Source: Eledone cirrhosa
Lineage: Eukaryota
Direction of reading: 5' to 3'
Assembly (NCBI GenBank): GCA_964016885.1
Contig: OZ024742.1
Location: forward strand, 193,130,001-193,194,000
Length of the DNA stretch: 64,000 nucleotides
Made by a program: the position numbers and the translations under genes. Below the pieces are notes generated by a model. The model saw nothing but the letters and a program-made list of their open reading frames with translations, made no database searches and was not told the origin of the DNA. This document shows positions 1 through 12,332 of this stretch, piece after piece; position 1 is the first letter of the stretch, and each line of letters starts with the position of its first letter.

Positions 1-2493
1 GAAGATTTTGAAAAAATGGAGTCTAACCCCAAAGAAAAAAAAATGTGAACGAATACACCAACATAAATAACACACACACAAAAAAACAGCATTCGCACAG
101 ACAACAAAAAAATCTATCATCTATACACCTATTGACTTAACTGCCGCCAGAGAGAAACTGGCAGAAGCAAAAAAGCACATAGATTTGGGGGAGAACGGAA
201 TGTTTTCCATTAATCCCCCCCCCCCCCATAATTCAAGAAGACAAGACTAGAAAACACTGTTCTGTTTAGAACAGTCCTAAACAACACAAGAAAGCCAGCA
301 CAGCCCAGCCAAATGGAGATAGAGTTGGTCCTAAAAAACCATATGAAGAATATTCTCTTCATACGAAAGGACCGACTCTATGGCAGCATTTCTGTTTTAA
401 CAAAAGACAAGGAAACAGCACAGAGGCTTTCCCTAAGCCCACTCACATCAACAGCATACAGTTTCTATCCCTCCTACATGGGTAGAAGAACTCAGAGAGT
501 CAAAATACAGACAATGCTGACCACAATGGACTTCTGGTGGGCTATTGCTGGCTTCATAGACATGGGCAAGGACACAGTGCTGTCAATGGGGAAGGCATCT
601 GGTGATGCGTTCCTGGGAATGGGCCTCGACCTACTAGTCCAAATGAGGCCCGAAAGAATAGCGCAAATCCCGGATCGCATCTGGCTGGATGACCTCACCC
701 GAATATATATAATTGTAGAGGGGAGAAGACCAGCATGCTATTCATGCACGGAAAGGGGACACGTTAAGGCTAACTGCCCGATTCGTATCCCCCAAAAAGG
801 ACTATTGCCCACACCCACCACAAACAGTACACCAACACCACCCACCTCCAAAAATACACTAATACCACACACAGCAAACAAAATACAGACACCACCAACC
901 ACAAGCACAACACAAACATCATCATCACCAGCACCAAACACAAGCGCGACACAAAAATCACCACCACCATCAACAACCACAACACAAACATCACCACCAC
1001 CATCACCAACCACAAGCACGACACAAACATCACCACCACCATCACCAACCACAAGCACGACACAAACATCACCACCACCACCACAAAACACATTCCAAAC
1101 AAATAATAAAAAAAAACAGCAACAAATCTACTCCTCCCGCAAAAAAAACAACCAGATACTACGTCCCTCCCACCTAGCGCTGAAGAGTTTCCCCCAATTT
1201 CTGAAGAAGGAGGAGAAGCCTTCAGACAAGTTAAAAGAAAAAAACGAAAGCACACACCCAGCACACCACAACAACAAATAACCCACACACAAACACCAAC
1301 TCCAATCAAAAACACCCACCCTCGACAAACAAAAATAAATCTGCGCCTCCCCCCTTCGAAACATTGACAGCATCACAAAAAAAGACTTTACAATACACAT
1401 ATATAAATAAAGAAAACAAAAAACTGTTTAAATTAATAAACAATAGCCCTTTGGTGCAGACCGAAGGGCCAAACTTTATCTCAACAGAGAACTTCACCCA
1501 TTTAAAAATGATAAAGATCCCTCTGGACCTTTATCGCTCCTTAAAAGAACAATTTAAACAGGACGTGAGCCCCCCCCCCCCACTGTTTAAAACCGTTAAA
1601 TAGCGTCCTCTTGAAAGATTTCCCCATAACCTCCCCTCTCCCTGACACAACTCCAAATACCCCAACCCCACCACACTCGGATACCCCCACACCACCACAA
1701 AACATCCCTCCACCCAACACACCCGATCCCATGGAAATTACACAACCCGGAGAGGTAGGTGCTTTTCTTTCTTCACTTTCAACACCAAAATAGATCAATT
1801 GAAAGTTGGTTGTTTGAATGCGCGTGGCCTGGGCTCAGCTTGGAAGCAAGCAAAGCTTCTAAGTGACCTCAGGTCACGAAGTATAGATGTGATGGTTGTT
1901 TGCGAGAGTCGGATCAGCAGCGTGCGACAGCTGGCTCCCGCCCTCGATGACTTTGAGATGCACGCATCTCTCTGTCAACCCGGAGGCGGGGGTGGGGTTG
2001 CCGTACTGCTGGATAAATATCTGGCTCTCGACGTACAGATTGTTCACTCGGACCCGGGCCGTCGATTACTGGTGCTGAACGTCGGAGGCGGTGAAGGCGG
2101 GTCTTTCAGACTGGTCGGTCTTTATGCCCCCTTCGGGGCTGAAAGAGCCGACTTCTTCTAGCGTCTGGAGACTTTTCTAGGAACGTCGCGATCCCTGCTT
2201 TTAGTGGGGGACTGGAATGGAATCCTAGATGCGCGTTGGGACTATGCAGGGGCATGCCCCGATAGAGGGGGGGGGGGATAGCAGCCTCAAGGAGTTACTC
2301 AATCGATTCGACCTGGTCGATAGATTTCGACTAGATTTTCCAACTGTGCCAACCTGGACCTGGGCAAACCGCAGTGGTCAATCTAGATCGTACCTAGATA
2401 GGTTTTTGGTTAGGAGTATTTAGTTGTCCAGAATTGCTCATGGTTGGCTATTCAGATCACAAATTAGTGACCTGCATGGTCAACCTTGATAGA
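1..2493 (+). mobile_element. Tx1/L1-clade non-LTR retrotransposon, divergent relative of the 17.5-29 kb copies; 5' end outside window, 3' part lost
   Basis: ORF1 313-1281 has a gag-type knuckle CYSCTERGHVKANC and IVEGRRP, shared with 18350/24116 ORF1. APE motifs start at 1799 (CLNARGL, LVGLYAP, GDWN, SYLDRF, SDHK). Stop at 2159-2161 plus frameshifts. Breaks off near 2493. Confidence 0.9.
313..1281 (+). CDS. ORF1 (gag-like CCHC knuckle, Pro/Thr-rich tandem repeats), disrupted
   Basis: CX2CX4HX4C motif; TQTSPPPSPTTST repeats at about 900-1085; coding appears to continue in another frame (1364-1603). Confidence 0.8.
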   Translation: MEIELVLKNHMKNILFIRKDRLYGSISVLTKDKETAQRLSLSPLTSTAYSFYPSYMGRRTQRVKIQTMLTTMDFWWAIAGFIDMGKDTVLSMGKASGDAFLGMGLDLLVQMRPERIAQIPDRIWLDDLTRIYIIVEGRRPACYSCTERGHVKANCPIRIPQKGLLPTPTTNSTPTPPTSKNTLIPHTANKIQTPPTTSTTQTSSSPAPNTSATQKSPPPSTTTTQTSPPPSPTTSTTQTSPPPSPTTSTTQTSPPPPQNTFQTNNKKKQQQIYSSRKKNNQILRPSHLALKSFPQFLKKEEKPSDKLKEKNESTHPAHHNNK

Positions 2494-3600
2494 ACGTTGC
2501 TCATCATTTTTTGCAAATAGTTTCAGGTCATCCATGTAGAACAAGTGATTAATGGTTTTATCATAGACTTTATATCCATGTTTTGTTTCATTGAGCATCT
2601 TACTTAATGGTATAAGTGCCATGCAGAATAAAAGCGGTGATAAAGAGTCACCCTGAACAATTCCACAATTAATATTAACTTCTCCAGCTTCCATTGATTT
2701 TGTTTCACTATTCAAAAGGAGTGTCGTTTTCCATGTCTCCATACTGAATGACAAAAACCTCCTGACAACGGGGGATATTTTGAAAATCTCTAAACATTTT
2801 TCAATCCAACTGTGTGGCAAACTATCGAATGCTTTTTTATAATCAATCCAAGCAATTGATAGATTTTTGTGTCTATTATGACAATCTTCCAGTATCATTT
2901 TGTTAACCAAAAGCTGATCCTTACAGCCATATGAGCCTCGTTTACACCCTTTCTGCTCATTGGGAAATAGGTAATTTGTTATCAGGTGGTCATATGTATA
3001 TTCAGTTAGGACTGATGTTAACATTTTATACATTGTGGTCAAGCAAGTTATCGGTCTGTAATTTTTGGGATTGTTTGTCTCATCATTCTTCGGAAGCAGG
3101 AATGTAATGCCGTTAACTAGCCATGATGGTATCTTTTCTGGCTCCTTAACTATATCATTGTAAAGTTGGGCTAACAGCTCATGTGACTCTGTGAAGGCAT
3201 TTACCCAAACATTTTGTATTTTCTCTTTTCCTGGGGATTTCCATTTGCTTGTATTGCTTATACGAGCAGCTTTGGCCGACACTTTTTGCTTGATTATTTA
3301 TATCAGCATATCTATGTAACTTGTTGATTTTATACTGTATTTCCTTTTCAATTTTCTAAGTTTAGTTTGTCTAACATGTTAACCTACTTTGTAGTTTGTT
3401 AAAATTTCTATGTCAGATCGGAGAAGGTTTATTTGGCGATTGATGTTCTTTTGCCAAGTAGATTACTTATGAGAATTCCTTTGTTTTGTCATTTTCACTC
3501 CACATATGTGAGTGTGAAATAAGTGAGCCGGTGCATAATAGAGATGATTTAAATCAGTAATGTTTAGTTTGTTTGTGATGATAATGTTTTTGAGAATTAT
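2494..3600 (-). mobile_element. Fragment of R4/Dong-like RLE non-LTR element (family A), RT region with internal deletion
   Basis: ORF 2464-3282: NYRPITCL, IDYKKAFD, QGDSLSP, FYMDDLKLF. SAKAARI is fused directly to NTSKWKSPG, so a segment present in the 8371-11763 ORF is missing. Upstream degenerate WQKNINRQINLLRSDI-like segment reaches about 3590. Confidence 0.85.
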
Positions 3601-4138
3601 GTTTGTCTTGTGTATTATCTTTTGGTTCTGTTTGGAGTTCTGGAGTTTTGGTTCTATTTGGAGTTCCGAATGGGGTTTTAACAGTATTAGTTATAGATGT
3701 TATGGAGACACGAGTGACATAATAATGATTTCAACAGCAGAAATTAGAGATGAAATATATGTTTATTTTTGATGTAGCACAAACAATGGTGTGGTACAGA
3801 GGCTGGTTTCTGGCGTGTGATCTGTCTGCTTTCCAGTGGCTGTCTGTTTTTATTTTTCTTCGTTCTCAACCAGCGTTGTTCTATCAAGAGGCGTGAGGCG
3901 TCTTACTACAGTACCCTCTGCCAGATTTTCAAATCATCGAAAATCGATGTCATTACTCACATGTGGAGTAAGATAGCGAATAATGCAACAAGAGGGAGCT
4001 ATTCGCTCTACCAAAAATTGAATCCAGAATAAGGATTTGAAAAATGTTAAAAAAAACTAACAACATGCATGCATAAAAAACAAGGCAAAGAAAAAGCAGA
4101 AACACAGAGGCAAAAAAAAAAGGCGCAGCTAACATAGT

Positions 4139-5643
4139 CTAAATATAGACGGTGCTGCAACATTTTTTGGGCCAGTGGAAGCTACGACCTGAACGGGTCG
4201 TGGTCTTGTAACGTGGCGATGGTGGTGGTGTAGGGACAGGCGATGATGGTGGTTCAGGAACAGGCGTTCGCTCAACAGGCAAATACGAAGGGGTTCGTGG
4301 ATCAGGAACCACAGCGTCCGTGTCAAGGTGCGCCTGCTTAAGCCTGTCTATTGTAACTGTCTCCCTGGACCCCTTAATATCTAACGTGAAATGCTTAGCC
4401 GAGCGCGCTAAGACACGGTAAGGTCCAGTGTAAGGCTGTGTGAGCGGGGGCTTCACAGAATCTTTCCTTACAAAGACATGCGTCCACGAGGCAATATCCC
4501 TCGGGACAGCAGTCTTGACAGTTTGTTTCCTAGTGTCCATTGGCGGCAAATCCTGGAAATAGGAGTGCAAACGGGACACGTAGGAAGCGTGATCTTGGGC
4601 ATCAAGATCGATAGGGGCAAGCATTTGCCCGGGCAACGTCAGAGGGGCACCGTACAATACTTCGGCCGGTGAAAATCCAAAGTCGACATTCACCGTTGAC
4701 CGAATCCCTAGTAGCACAATAGGGAGTTACTCGCTCCAATGCGCCGAGTCCATTGAGGCCATTAAGGAGGCCTTCAGTTGTCGGTGAAAACGCTCCACCA
4801 TACCATTCGAAGCGGGATGGTACGCCGTAGTTCTAATGCGTTTAGCACCAATTAATTTTGACAGCTCGAGGAAAAGGCTCGACTCGAACTGTCGTCCACG
4901 GTCGGTAGTTATTGTGGATGGAACTCCATAACGAGAGATCCATCCAGACACAAGAGCACGTGCTGTTGTCTTCGCGGTGATGTTTTTCAAGGGGATGGCC
5001 TCAGGGCATCTCGAAAAACGGTCAATGACGGTCAGCAGATAAGAAAAACCATCGCTGACAGCCAAGGTCCCACTATGTCAATATGAATATGTGAAAAACG
5101 CGCATCTGGGTTAGCAAAGGTACCCAATGGAGTCTTGACGTGTCGATGGACATTTGATCTCTGGCAAGCGACGCAGGAACGGCACCAAGCAGCAATTTCC
5201 CGCCTCATATTTGGCCAGAAAAATCTAGCTGATATGAGCTTTGCTGTGGCAGAAGATCCTGGATGCGAGATACTATGTAATGCCAGAAACACGGTCCGAC
5301 GATCATTTTCTGGAACGAAGGGCCTAGGCACGTCCAAAGAGACGTCGCAGAGGATTTGGCCAACTGCAGTCGACAGAGGCAAGTATTTCATCTCGCAATT
5401 CGCAAACTCAGGCGATGTAACATCCAATGACTCAAGGGGAGGCTGATCCGCAGCCAAACGAGTCAGATCTATGTCAGAGGGTGACGAGATCGCTGTCACG
5501 GGTAAGCGGGACAAAGCATCGGCCGCTGTATTTAGTGAACCCGGAATGTGCTGGATATCACTCGTATATTGCGAGATGAAATCAAGGTGACTCGTCTCTC
5601 TGGGAGAGTATTTATCAGCCTTCGCTCTCAAAGCAAAAGTCAT
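4139..5643 (-). mobile_element. Ty3/Gypsy pol fragment: end of RNase H plus integrase, disrupted
   Basis: NTAADALSR; HHCC (HSISHPG...CRSCVAC); DDE core ([22 protein letters not shown]); GPY motif (PYTGPY). Frameshift near 5065 and stop at 4727. No LTR recognised. Confidence 0.92.
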
Positions 5644-5935
5644 GAGACTCTGTGAAGGCATTTATCCAAAAGTTTTGTATTTTGTCTTTTCCTGGGGATT
5701 TCCATTTGCTGGTTTTTCTTAGAGCCAAGCGCAACTGTTCAACTGTTATATTTTCCCATATTTGTTCCTCAAGGTGAGCTGTATCTTTCATTTGTCTGTC
5801 TATCCATGGGGCATGTATGTTATGAACTTTTTCTTCGGCCCAGATCTTTTCCCAGAATTCTTGCACTTCCTCCTTGGGTAGTATTGATTTAGCAGTTATT
5901 GTTGACTTACCAATTTTTCTGTAGAAGTTTCTTCT
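5641..5935 (-). mobile_element. Second family-A RLE fragment (pre-RT region), 5'-truncated against (TAA)n
   Basis: RRNFYRKIGK...EFWEKIW...KWKSPGKDKIQNFWINAFTESH; its last ~70 nt closely match 3180-3250. Confidence 0.85.
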
Positions 5936-6203
5936 TATTATTATTATTACAGTTGCATTTATCTTGCTTTATGTTCATACGAGTTATCACCAAGTCACAA
6001 CCAATGACCTCAAGAGACAACAAGGTCCGCCATGTTCAAGAAAGAACATATATACTCACACATGCATCTTTAGTGTTTAGACTTGTGATGTACTTATATT
6101 GACAGAATATTCCTTAGTATATGGGCAGTTCCCATTAGTACTATCTTTTGTATTTCTCCTATAGGCGAGTTTCCTGGGATTTGCGATAAGTAATCATAAG
6201 ACC
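5936..6203 (-). mobile_element. 3'-terminal fragment of an RLE element with 3' UTR and (TAA)n end
   Basis: Minus strand of about 6095-6200 translates YLSQIPGNSPIGEIQKIVLMGTAHILRNILSI*, homologous to LQKACLLGTARTLRYVLNI*; TTA runs at 5936-5949 and from 6204. Confidence 0.8.
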
Positions 6204-8258
6204 TTATTATAATTATTATTATTATTATTATTATTGTTATTCCTTGAATCTCAGTCATTGATGTTGGTTAACTGGAAAGTCCGTTGGATTGAATATCAAG
6301 CCACTACCTGCAGCCTCAGATATTCAGGACGTATCGGAGGGTTCTTGCCGTTCCAAGCAAGCATGCCTTTTGAAGCGTTCCAAAAAGCGTGAAGGGGCCG
6401 ATTTTCTTTAACCATCCCTGGAAACCTTTGGAGATAGTCCCCAGTGCGCCTATGACAATCGGGATCACTTTGACTTCATGGCAGTTCCAAATCCTTTTCA
6501 CCTCCCACTTTAGGTCCTGGTATCGGTTAATTTTCTCCCTCTCCTTCTCTTGCACTCTCGTGTCGAACGGGCAGGCCACATCCACAATCAGGCACGATCT
6601 TTTTTCTTTGTCCACAACCACCAGGTCAGGTCTATTGTGTTCCAGTTTTTTGTCCGTCTGTATCCTAAAATCCCACAGCACCTTCACCTGACTGTTCTCC
6701 ATCACCGCCTCTGGCCTATGCTCATACCATTTCTCAGAATGTGGTAGATTGTTTACTTTGCACAGGTGCCAGTGGATCACCCTGCCCATCACATCGTGTC
6801 TCCAGCCCTTATAGTGGGTCTGGGCTAGGTGTTTACACTCGGACACAATGTGAGCCACAGTCTCCTCTCTCTCTCCACAGATCCTGCACAGTGGGCTAGC
6901 CTCCTCCTTGTAGATATGGTGCTTCAACCACTTCGTTTTGAGGGCCTGCTCCTGCGCAGCCATTAGCATTCCTTCTGTAGCCTTTTTGAGGTCTCCTCTT
7001 CTCAACCAGTTCCATGTCTGTGGATCTCTAAATTCAGTTTTCTCAAAGAAGGTACTATGAAGGGATTTTCCCTTAAGGCTGCTCTTCCTCCTTGATGTTA
7101 TTTCCTCCTTGGATATCCCCTGGCCTACTGTCCCCTGCTTCAGTACAGCTCTGAGCATTGGCTCCTTACTATAGGTCACGTATTTGTATAGGTTGTTTTT
7201 CTCCATCTGAACACAGTCCTCTATGCTGATAAGACCTCTTCCACCCTCAGATCTCCTTAGGTAGAGTCTATCGACATCACTCCTCTTGTGGAACATGTTG
7301 TAGATAGTCAATAGCTTCCTAGTCTTCCTATCCATTTCTTTTTGTTCAGCAACATTCCATCTCAGAATTCCCGCACTGTACCTAATAATAGACACAGCTC
7401 GGGAATTTACTGCGCTTATGGCATTTCTGCTGTTCAGATGTGACTTCAATACGCTCCTTACTCTCCGAATGTATTCAGTTCTTAACAATTCCTTCTTTTT
7501 TTGTTCTTTATGCCATCAGCCTCCAGAACGCCCAAATACTTGTATCCTTCCTCAGAGTCAATTTCCTTTATCATCTCACCTGTTGGTATCTGGATCCCGT
7601 TACTTCTGCTCAACCTACCCCTCCTCATCACAATGACTCCACATTTACCAATACCAAACTGCATACATATATCACTGCTGAAAATACGGACAGTGTCAAC
7701 AAGCACATCCAACTCCTTCTCACTTTTCCCGAAGAGCTTAAGATGGTCCATGAAGAGGAGGTGATTGATGGTAAGCTCTCCCCTTCCCAACTTGTATCCT
7801 GCTCTCACTTTTCGCAGCATAATGGTCAAGGGCATCAGGGCAAGGACAAACAACAGAGGGGACAGGCTATCTCCCTGGAAGATACCTCTCTTGATCTTCA
7901 CGCTTCCCAAGGATACTCCAGTTGATGTCAACTCTGTCTCCCAGGACCCCATACTCCTGCCCAGCAACTGTCTGATGTTATCTGCCACCCTGAAGATCTC
8001 CAGGCTTTTGGTGATCCAGGAATGAGGCACCATGTCAAATGCCTTTCTGTAGTCTATCCATCCCATGGCAAGATCAGTGTGTCTCCTCCTGCAATTCCCC
8101 ATTACCATCTTATCAATAAGCAACTGGTCCTTTGTACCACGTGACTTCTTTCGGCATCCTTTCTGTTCGTCCGGTAACAAGTTGTTTGTGTGGAGGTGAT
8201 GGTAGATTTCCTCAGACACAATGCTCGTCAACAGTTTCCACATTACGGGCAGACATGT
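6204..8258 (-). mobile_element. RLE element B1, 5'-truncated near-identical copy of B2
   Basis: 6242-8258 matches 8297-10314 almost base for base. 1-bp deletion near 7495 splits the ORF; catalytic MDDL reads MDHL. (TTA)n on both sides. Confidence 0.95.
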
Positions 8259-8370
8259 TTATTATTATTATTATTATTATTATTGTTATTGTTATTCCTT
8301 GAATCTCAGTCATTGATGTTGGTTAACTGGAAAGTCCGTTGGATTGAATATCAAGCCACTACCTGCAGCC

Positions 8371-11300
8371 TCAGATATTCAGGACGTATCGGAGGGTTCT
8401 TGCCGTTCCAAGCAAGCATGCCTTTTGAAGCGTTCCAAAAAGCGTGAAGGGGCCGATTTTCTTTAACCATCCCTGGAAACCTTTGGAGATAGTCCCCAGT
8501 GCGCCTATGACACTCGGGATCACTTTGACTTCATGGCAGTTCCAAATCCTTTTCACCTCCCACTTTAGGTCCTGGTATCGGTTAATTTTCTCCCTCTCCT
8601 TCTCTTGCACTCTCGTGTCGAACGGGCAGGCCACATCCACAATCAGGCACGATCTTTTTTCTTTGTCCACAACCACCAGGTCAGGTCTATTGTGTTCCAG
8701 TTTTTTGTCCGTCTGTATCCTAAAATCCCACAGCACCTTCACCTGACTGTTCTCCATCACCGCCTCTGGCCTATGCTCATACCATTTCTCAGAATGTGGT
8801 AGATTGTTTACTTTGCACAGGTGCCAGTGGATCACCCTGCCCATCACATCGTGTCTCCAGCCCTTATAGTGGGTCTGGGCTAGGTGTTTACACTCGGACA
8901 CAATGTGAGCCACAGTCTCCTCTCTCTCTCCACAGATCCTGCACAGTGGGCTAGCCTCCTCCTTGTAGATATGGTGCTTCAACCACTTCGTTTTGAGGGC
9001 CTGCTCCTGCGCAGCCATTAGCATTCCTTCTGTAGCCTTTTTGAGGTCTCCTCTTCTCAACCAGTTCCATGTCTGTGGATCTCTAAATTCAGTTTTCTCA
9101 AAGAAGGTACCATGAAGGGATTTTTCCTTAAGGCTGCTCTTCCTCCTTGATGTTATTTCCTCCTTGGGTATCCCCTGGCCTACTGTCCCCTCCTTCAGTA
9201 CAGCTCTGAGCATTGGCTCCTTACTATAGGTCACGTATTTGTATAGGTTGTTTTTCTCCATCTGAACACAGTCCTCTATGCTGATAAGACCTCTTCCACC
9301 CTCAGATCTCCTTAGGTAGAGTCTATCGACATCACTCCTCTTGTGGAACATGTTGTAGATAGTCAATAGCTTCCTAGTCTTCCTATCCATTTCTTTTTGT
9401 TCAGCAACATTCCATCTCAGAATTCCCGCACTGTACCTAATAATAGACACAGCTCGGGAATTTACTGCGCTTATGGCATTTCTGCTGTTCAGATGTGACT
9501 TCAATACGCTCCTTACTCTCCGAATGTATTCAGTTCTTAACAATTCCTTCATTTTTTTGTTCTTTATGCCATCAGCCTCCAGAACGCCCAAATACTTGTA
9601 TCCTTCCTCAGAGTCAATTTCCTTTATCATCTCACCTGTTGGTATCTGGATCCCGTTACTTCTGCTCAACCTACCCCTCCTCATCACAATGACTCCACAT
9701 TTACCAATACCAAACTGCATACATATATCACTGCTGAAAATACGGACAGTGTCAACAAGCACATCCAACTCCTTCTCACTTTTCCCGAAGAGCTTAAGAT
9801 CGTCCATGAAGAGGAGGTGATTGATGGTAAGCTCTCCCCTTCCCAACTTGTATCCTGCACTCACTTTTCGCAGCATGATGGTCAAGGGCATCAGGGCAAG
9901 GACAAACAACAGAGGGGACAGGCTATCTCCCTGGAAGATACCTCTCTTGATCTTCACGCTTCCCAAGGATACTCCAGTTGATGTCAACTCTGTCTCCCAG
10001 GACCCCATACTCCTGCCCAGCAACTGTCTGATGTTATCTGCCACCCTGAAGATCTCCAGGCTTTTGGTGATCCAGGAATGAGGCACCATGTCAAATGCCT
10101 TTCTGTAGTCTATCCATCCCATGGCAAGATCAGTGTGTCTCCTCCTGCAATTCCCCATTACCATCTTATCAATAAGCAACTGGTCCTTTGTACCACGCGA
10201 CTTCTTTCGGCATCCTTTCTGTTCGTCCGGCAACAAGTTGTTTGTGTGGAGGTGATGGTAGATTTCCTCAGACACAATGCTCGTCAACAGTTTCCACATT
10301 ACGGGCAGACATGTGATAGGTCTATAGTTGGTAACATCATTACCCTTGATTCGGTCTTTCATTATCAGAACTGTGGTACCTTTTGTCAACCACTCTGGCA
10401 CCTCACCCGACACCAAGCAGTCATTGAACATGGCCGTCAGCTTCGGGTGGAGGGATGTTAAATGTCTAATCCAATACCCCTGCACACCATCTGGGCCTGG
10501 TGATTTCCAGTTGGTTAGTTTTTTGGCTTGCCCCTTAAGAGTTTCAACTGTGATACTCAAATCAGTCTGTTGCTGTGCCTGCTCACCGATCTCCCTCTGT
10601 ACTGTCTCAATCCACCCTGCCTGGGCATTGTGTCTAACATCCTGCTCCCATATTCCTCTCCAGAATGTTTTAGCTTGTTCCGCCCCAGGGATCAAGTCGG
10701 TGCCTCTTTCTTTCCCCTCAAGCTGTCCAAACAGCATCTTCTGGTTGTTGTCGAACATGCGGTTCTGTTTATACTGACTGACTCTGTTCTCGTATCGCCT
10801 GATTTTGGCACTCTTTGCTACAATGCATTGCTTCAATTCCTCTATGATAATATTTAGCTTTTTACTCCTAGTTTTGTATTTTATTTCCAGTCTATTTTTA
10901 GTGCCTATGTTTTTTAGTGTCCCATTCAGTAGTGACTCAAGCTTTCCTATGTCATTTCTCATTTCCCCGATTTGCCCACTCAGTCGCTTCTTCCACCACG
11001 GCTCTGCTCTTTCTTGTCTGTTGTTTCCTCTCGCTTTTATACCAAGTAGTTTCCTCACCGTATTTGCTGTTGCTTTGAGGATATTGTTGCACTGGTGAAG
11101 ACTCCTCGCCTCAAGGTATGGGATGACTTTGTTTACCTTAGCTGTTGTTTCTTTTAACTTTTTCCTGTCTACAAATCTTAGGTTCATAGGTCTCCCACTA
11201 TCATTGTTCAACTCATCTACCACTAAATTTAGGATGTCAACCGAATCTTGTCCTAGCCCGTCAGCATTCATCTCCTCAGTGGCCGTATCTCTGTTCCAGG

Positions 11301-11763
11301 TATTATTTATCTCAGTATTCAGATCATTGTCTGCTTCGGGTGGTTCCTCCGCTCTCAGGACCTCCTCACCTTCATTTCCCGCCGGCTCGCTTGTCTGGCA
11401 TACTACACCCGCCATCTCCAAGCCATTCTCTCTGCTCAGTTCCTCCAGTTCCAGCTCGCTTATCCACCCATTAGTTCTTATTACCCGAGCCTGCTCGGCC
11501 AATTTTTGTTCATCTAATTTAAATAAACCAATCTCGTTCCAGATGTTATGCATCCGTCTCCTGTAGCCCCTCTCCTTGGGGTTACTTTTCAGGTAGCATT
11601 GCATAACAGTTCTATTCAATTCTTTCGTCCAGTTGGTTCTGGCCCCTTTCCTTCTTCTTCTTCCTCCAACATCAGCAGTATTTCGTTGACAGTCAGGTTC
11701 CTGCTGCTGAGCCAGGGGGCACCTGTTGGGTGAGAGTCTGTCACATGACGTTCTAGTCTCCAT
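8371..11763 (-). CDS. Intact 1130-aa RT + CCHC + restriction-like endonuclease protein
   Basis: [31 protein letters not shown]; CRIC...H...C; RHD, RPDLVV, DVACPFD, EK..RY (PD-D/ExK). N-terminal WTKELN...GYRRRMHNIW motif and no N-terminal C2H2 fingers, as in R4-clade proteins. Confidence 0.95.
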   Translation of the reverse strand: METRTSCDRLSPNRCPLAQQQEPDCQRNTADVGGRRRRKGARTNWTKELNRTVMQCYLKSNPKERGYRRRMHNIWNEIGLFKLDEQKLAEQARVIRTNGWISELELEELSRENGLEMAGVVCQTSEPAGNEGEEVLRAEEPPEADNDLNTEINNTWNRDTATEEMNADGLGQDSVDILNLVVDELNNDSGRPMNLRFVDRKKLKETTAKVNKVIPYLEARSLHQCNNILKATANTVRKLLGIKARGNNRQERAEPWWKKRLSGQIGEMRNDIGKLESLLNGTLKNIGTKNRLEIKYKTRSKKLNIIIEELKQCIVAKSAKIRRYENRVSQYKQNRMFDNNQKMLFGQLEGKERGTDLIPGAEQAKTFWRGIWEQDVRHNAQAGWIETVQREIGEQAQQQTDLSITVETLKGQAKKLTNWKSPGPDGVQGYWIRHLTSLHPKLTAMFNDCLVSGEVPEWLTKGTTVLIMKDRIKGNDVTNYRPITCLPVMWKLLTSIVSEEIYHHLHTNNLLPDEQKGCRKKSRGTKDQLLIDKMVMGNCRRRHTDLAMGWIDYRKAFDMVPHSWITKSLEIFRVADNIRQLLGRSMGSWETELTSTGVSLGSVKIKRGIFQGDSLSPLLFVLALMPLTIMLRKVSAGYKLGRGELTINHLLFMDDLKLFGKSEKELDVLVDTVRIFSSDICMQFGIGKCGVIVMRRGRLSRSNGIQIPTGEMIKEIDSEEGYKYLGVLEADGIKNKKMKELLRTEYIRRVRSVLKSHLNSRNAISAVNSRAVSIIRYSAGILRWNVAEQKEMDRKTRKLLTIYNMFHKRSDVDRLYLRRSEGGRGLISIEDCVQMEKNNLYKYVTYSKEPMLRAVLKEGTVGQGIPKEEITSRRKSSLKEKSLHGTFFEKTEFRDPQTWNWLRRGDLKKATEGMLMAAQEQALKTKWLKHHIYKEEASPLCRICGEREETVAHIVSECKHLAQTHYKGWRHDVMGRVIHWHLCKVNNLPHSEKWYEHRPEAVMENSQVKVLWDFRIQTDKKLEHNRPDLVVVDKEKRSCLIVDVACPFDTRVQEKEREKINRYQDLKWEVKRIWNCHEVKVIPSVIGALGTISKGFQGWLKKIGPFTLFGTLQKACLLGTARTLRYVLNI

Positions 11764-12332
11764 TTCACCGTTATTCGAACTGTTTATGTTCGATATTTAA
11801 ACACTCTTATCGAGGATTGGCGAATGTATGTTTACATAGCCATCTGTGGATCCGCCATCCCACTTGGCCCTTGTGTGGCATTATCACCACGCTGTATACG
11901 GACACACATAAACAAACAAACACACGGGCAGAAAGGGCCCCAAAAATGAATAAGCATAAGTTTCATTGTAATGTAGTATTCGAATGTCTGACTTAGTTTT
12001 TGTTTTTTAAGTTTTACTTTTTCCCCCCTCTTCTCTGTCCGTGCGCCTGCTTCTCTCTTCATTCTTATTTTCTTTACGTTTTTGGGGTTTCTTTTTTTGT
12101 TTTTGTTTTTCTCTGTTTTTCTCGTTTTTTACTGTTGTTGCTGTGCTGCTTTTGTTGTTTGTTTTTTCTTTTTTCTTTTGAGTCTATCTATATATTTTGA
12201 TGCCTTCCTCTTTGTTAGTAGTAGGAATTCTATAATGTGGAAGTGGTAGCCAGCAGAGACTAGCGGCGTTGGCGATACTGAGACAGTGGTGGCGGTGATG
12301 TCGATACCGAGGCAGTGGTGGCGGTGATGCGA

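Noticed and set aside
3600-4138. Possible Gypsy 3' LTR or upstream M13 exon
   Set aside because: No polypurine tract, TG..CA boundary or M13-like translation recognised.
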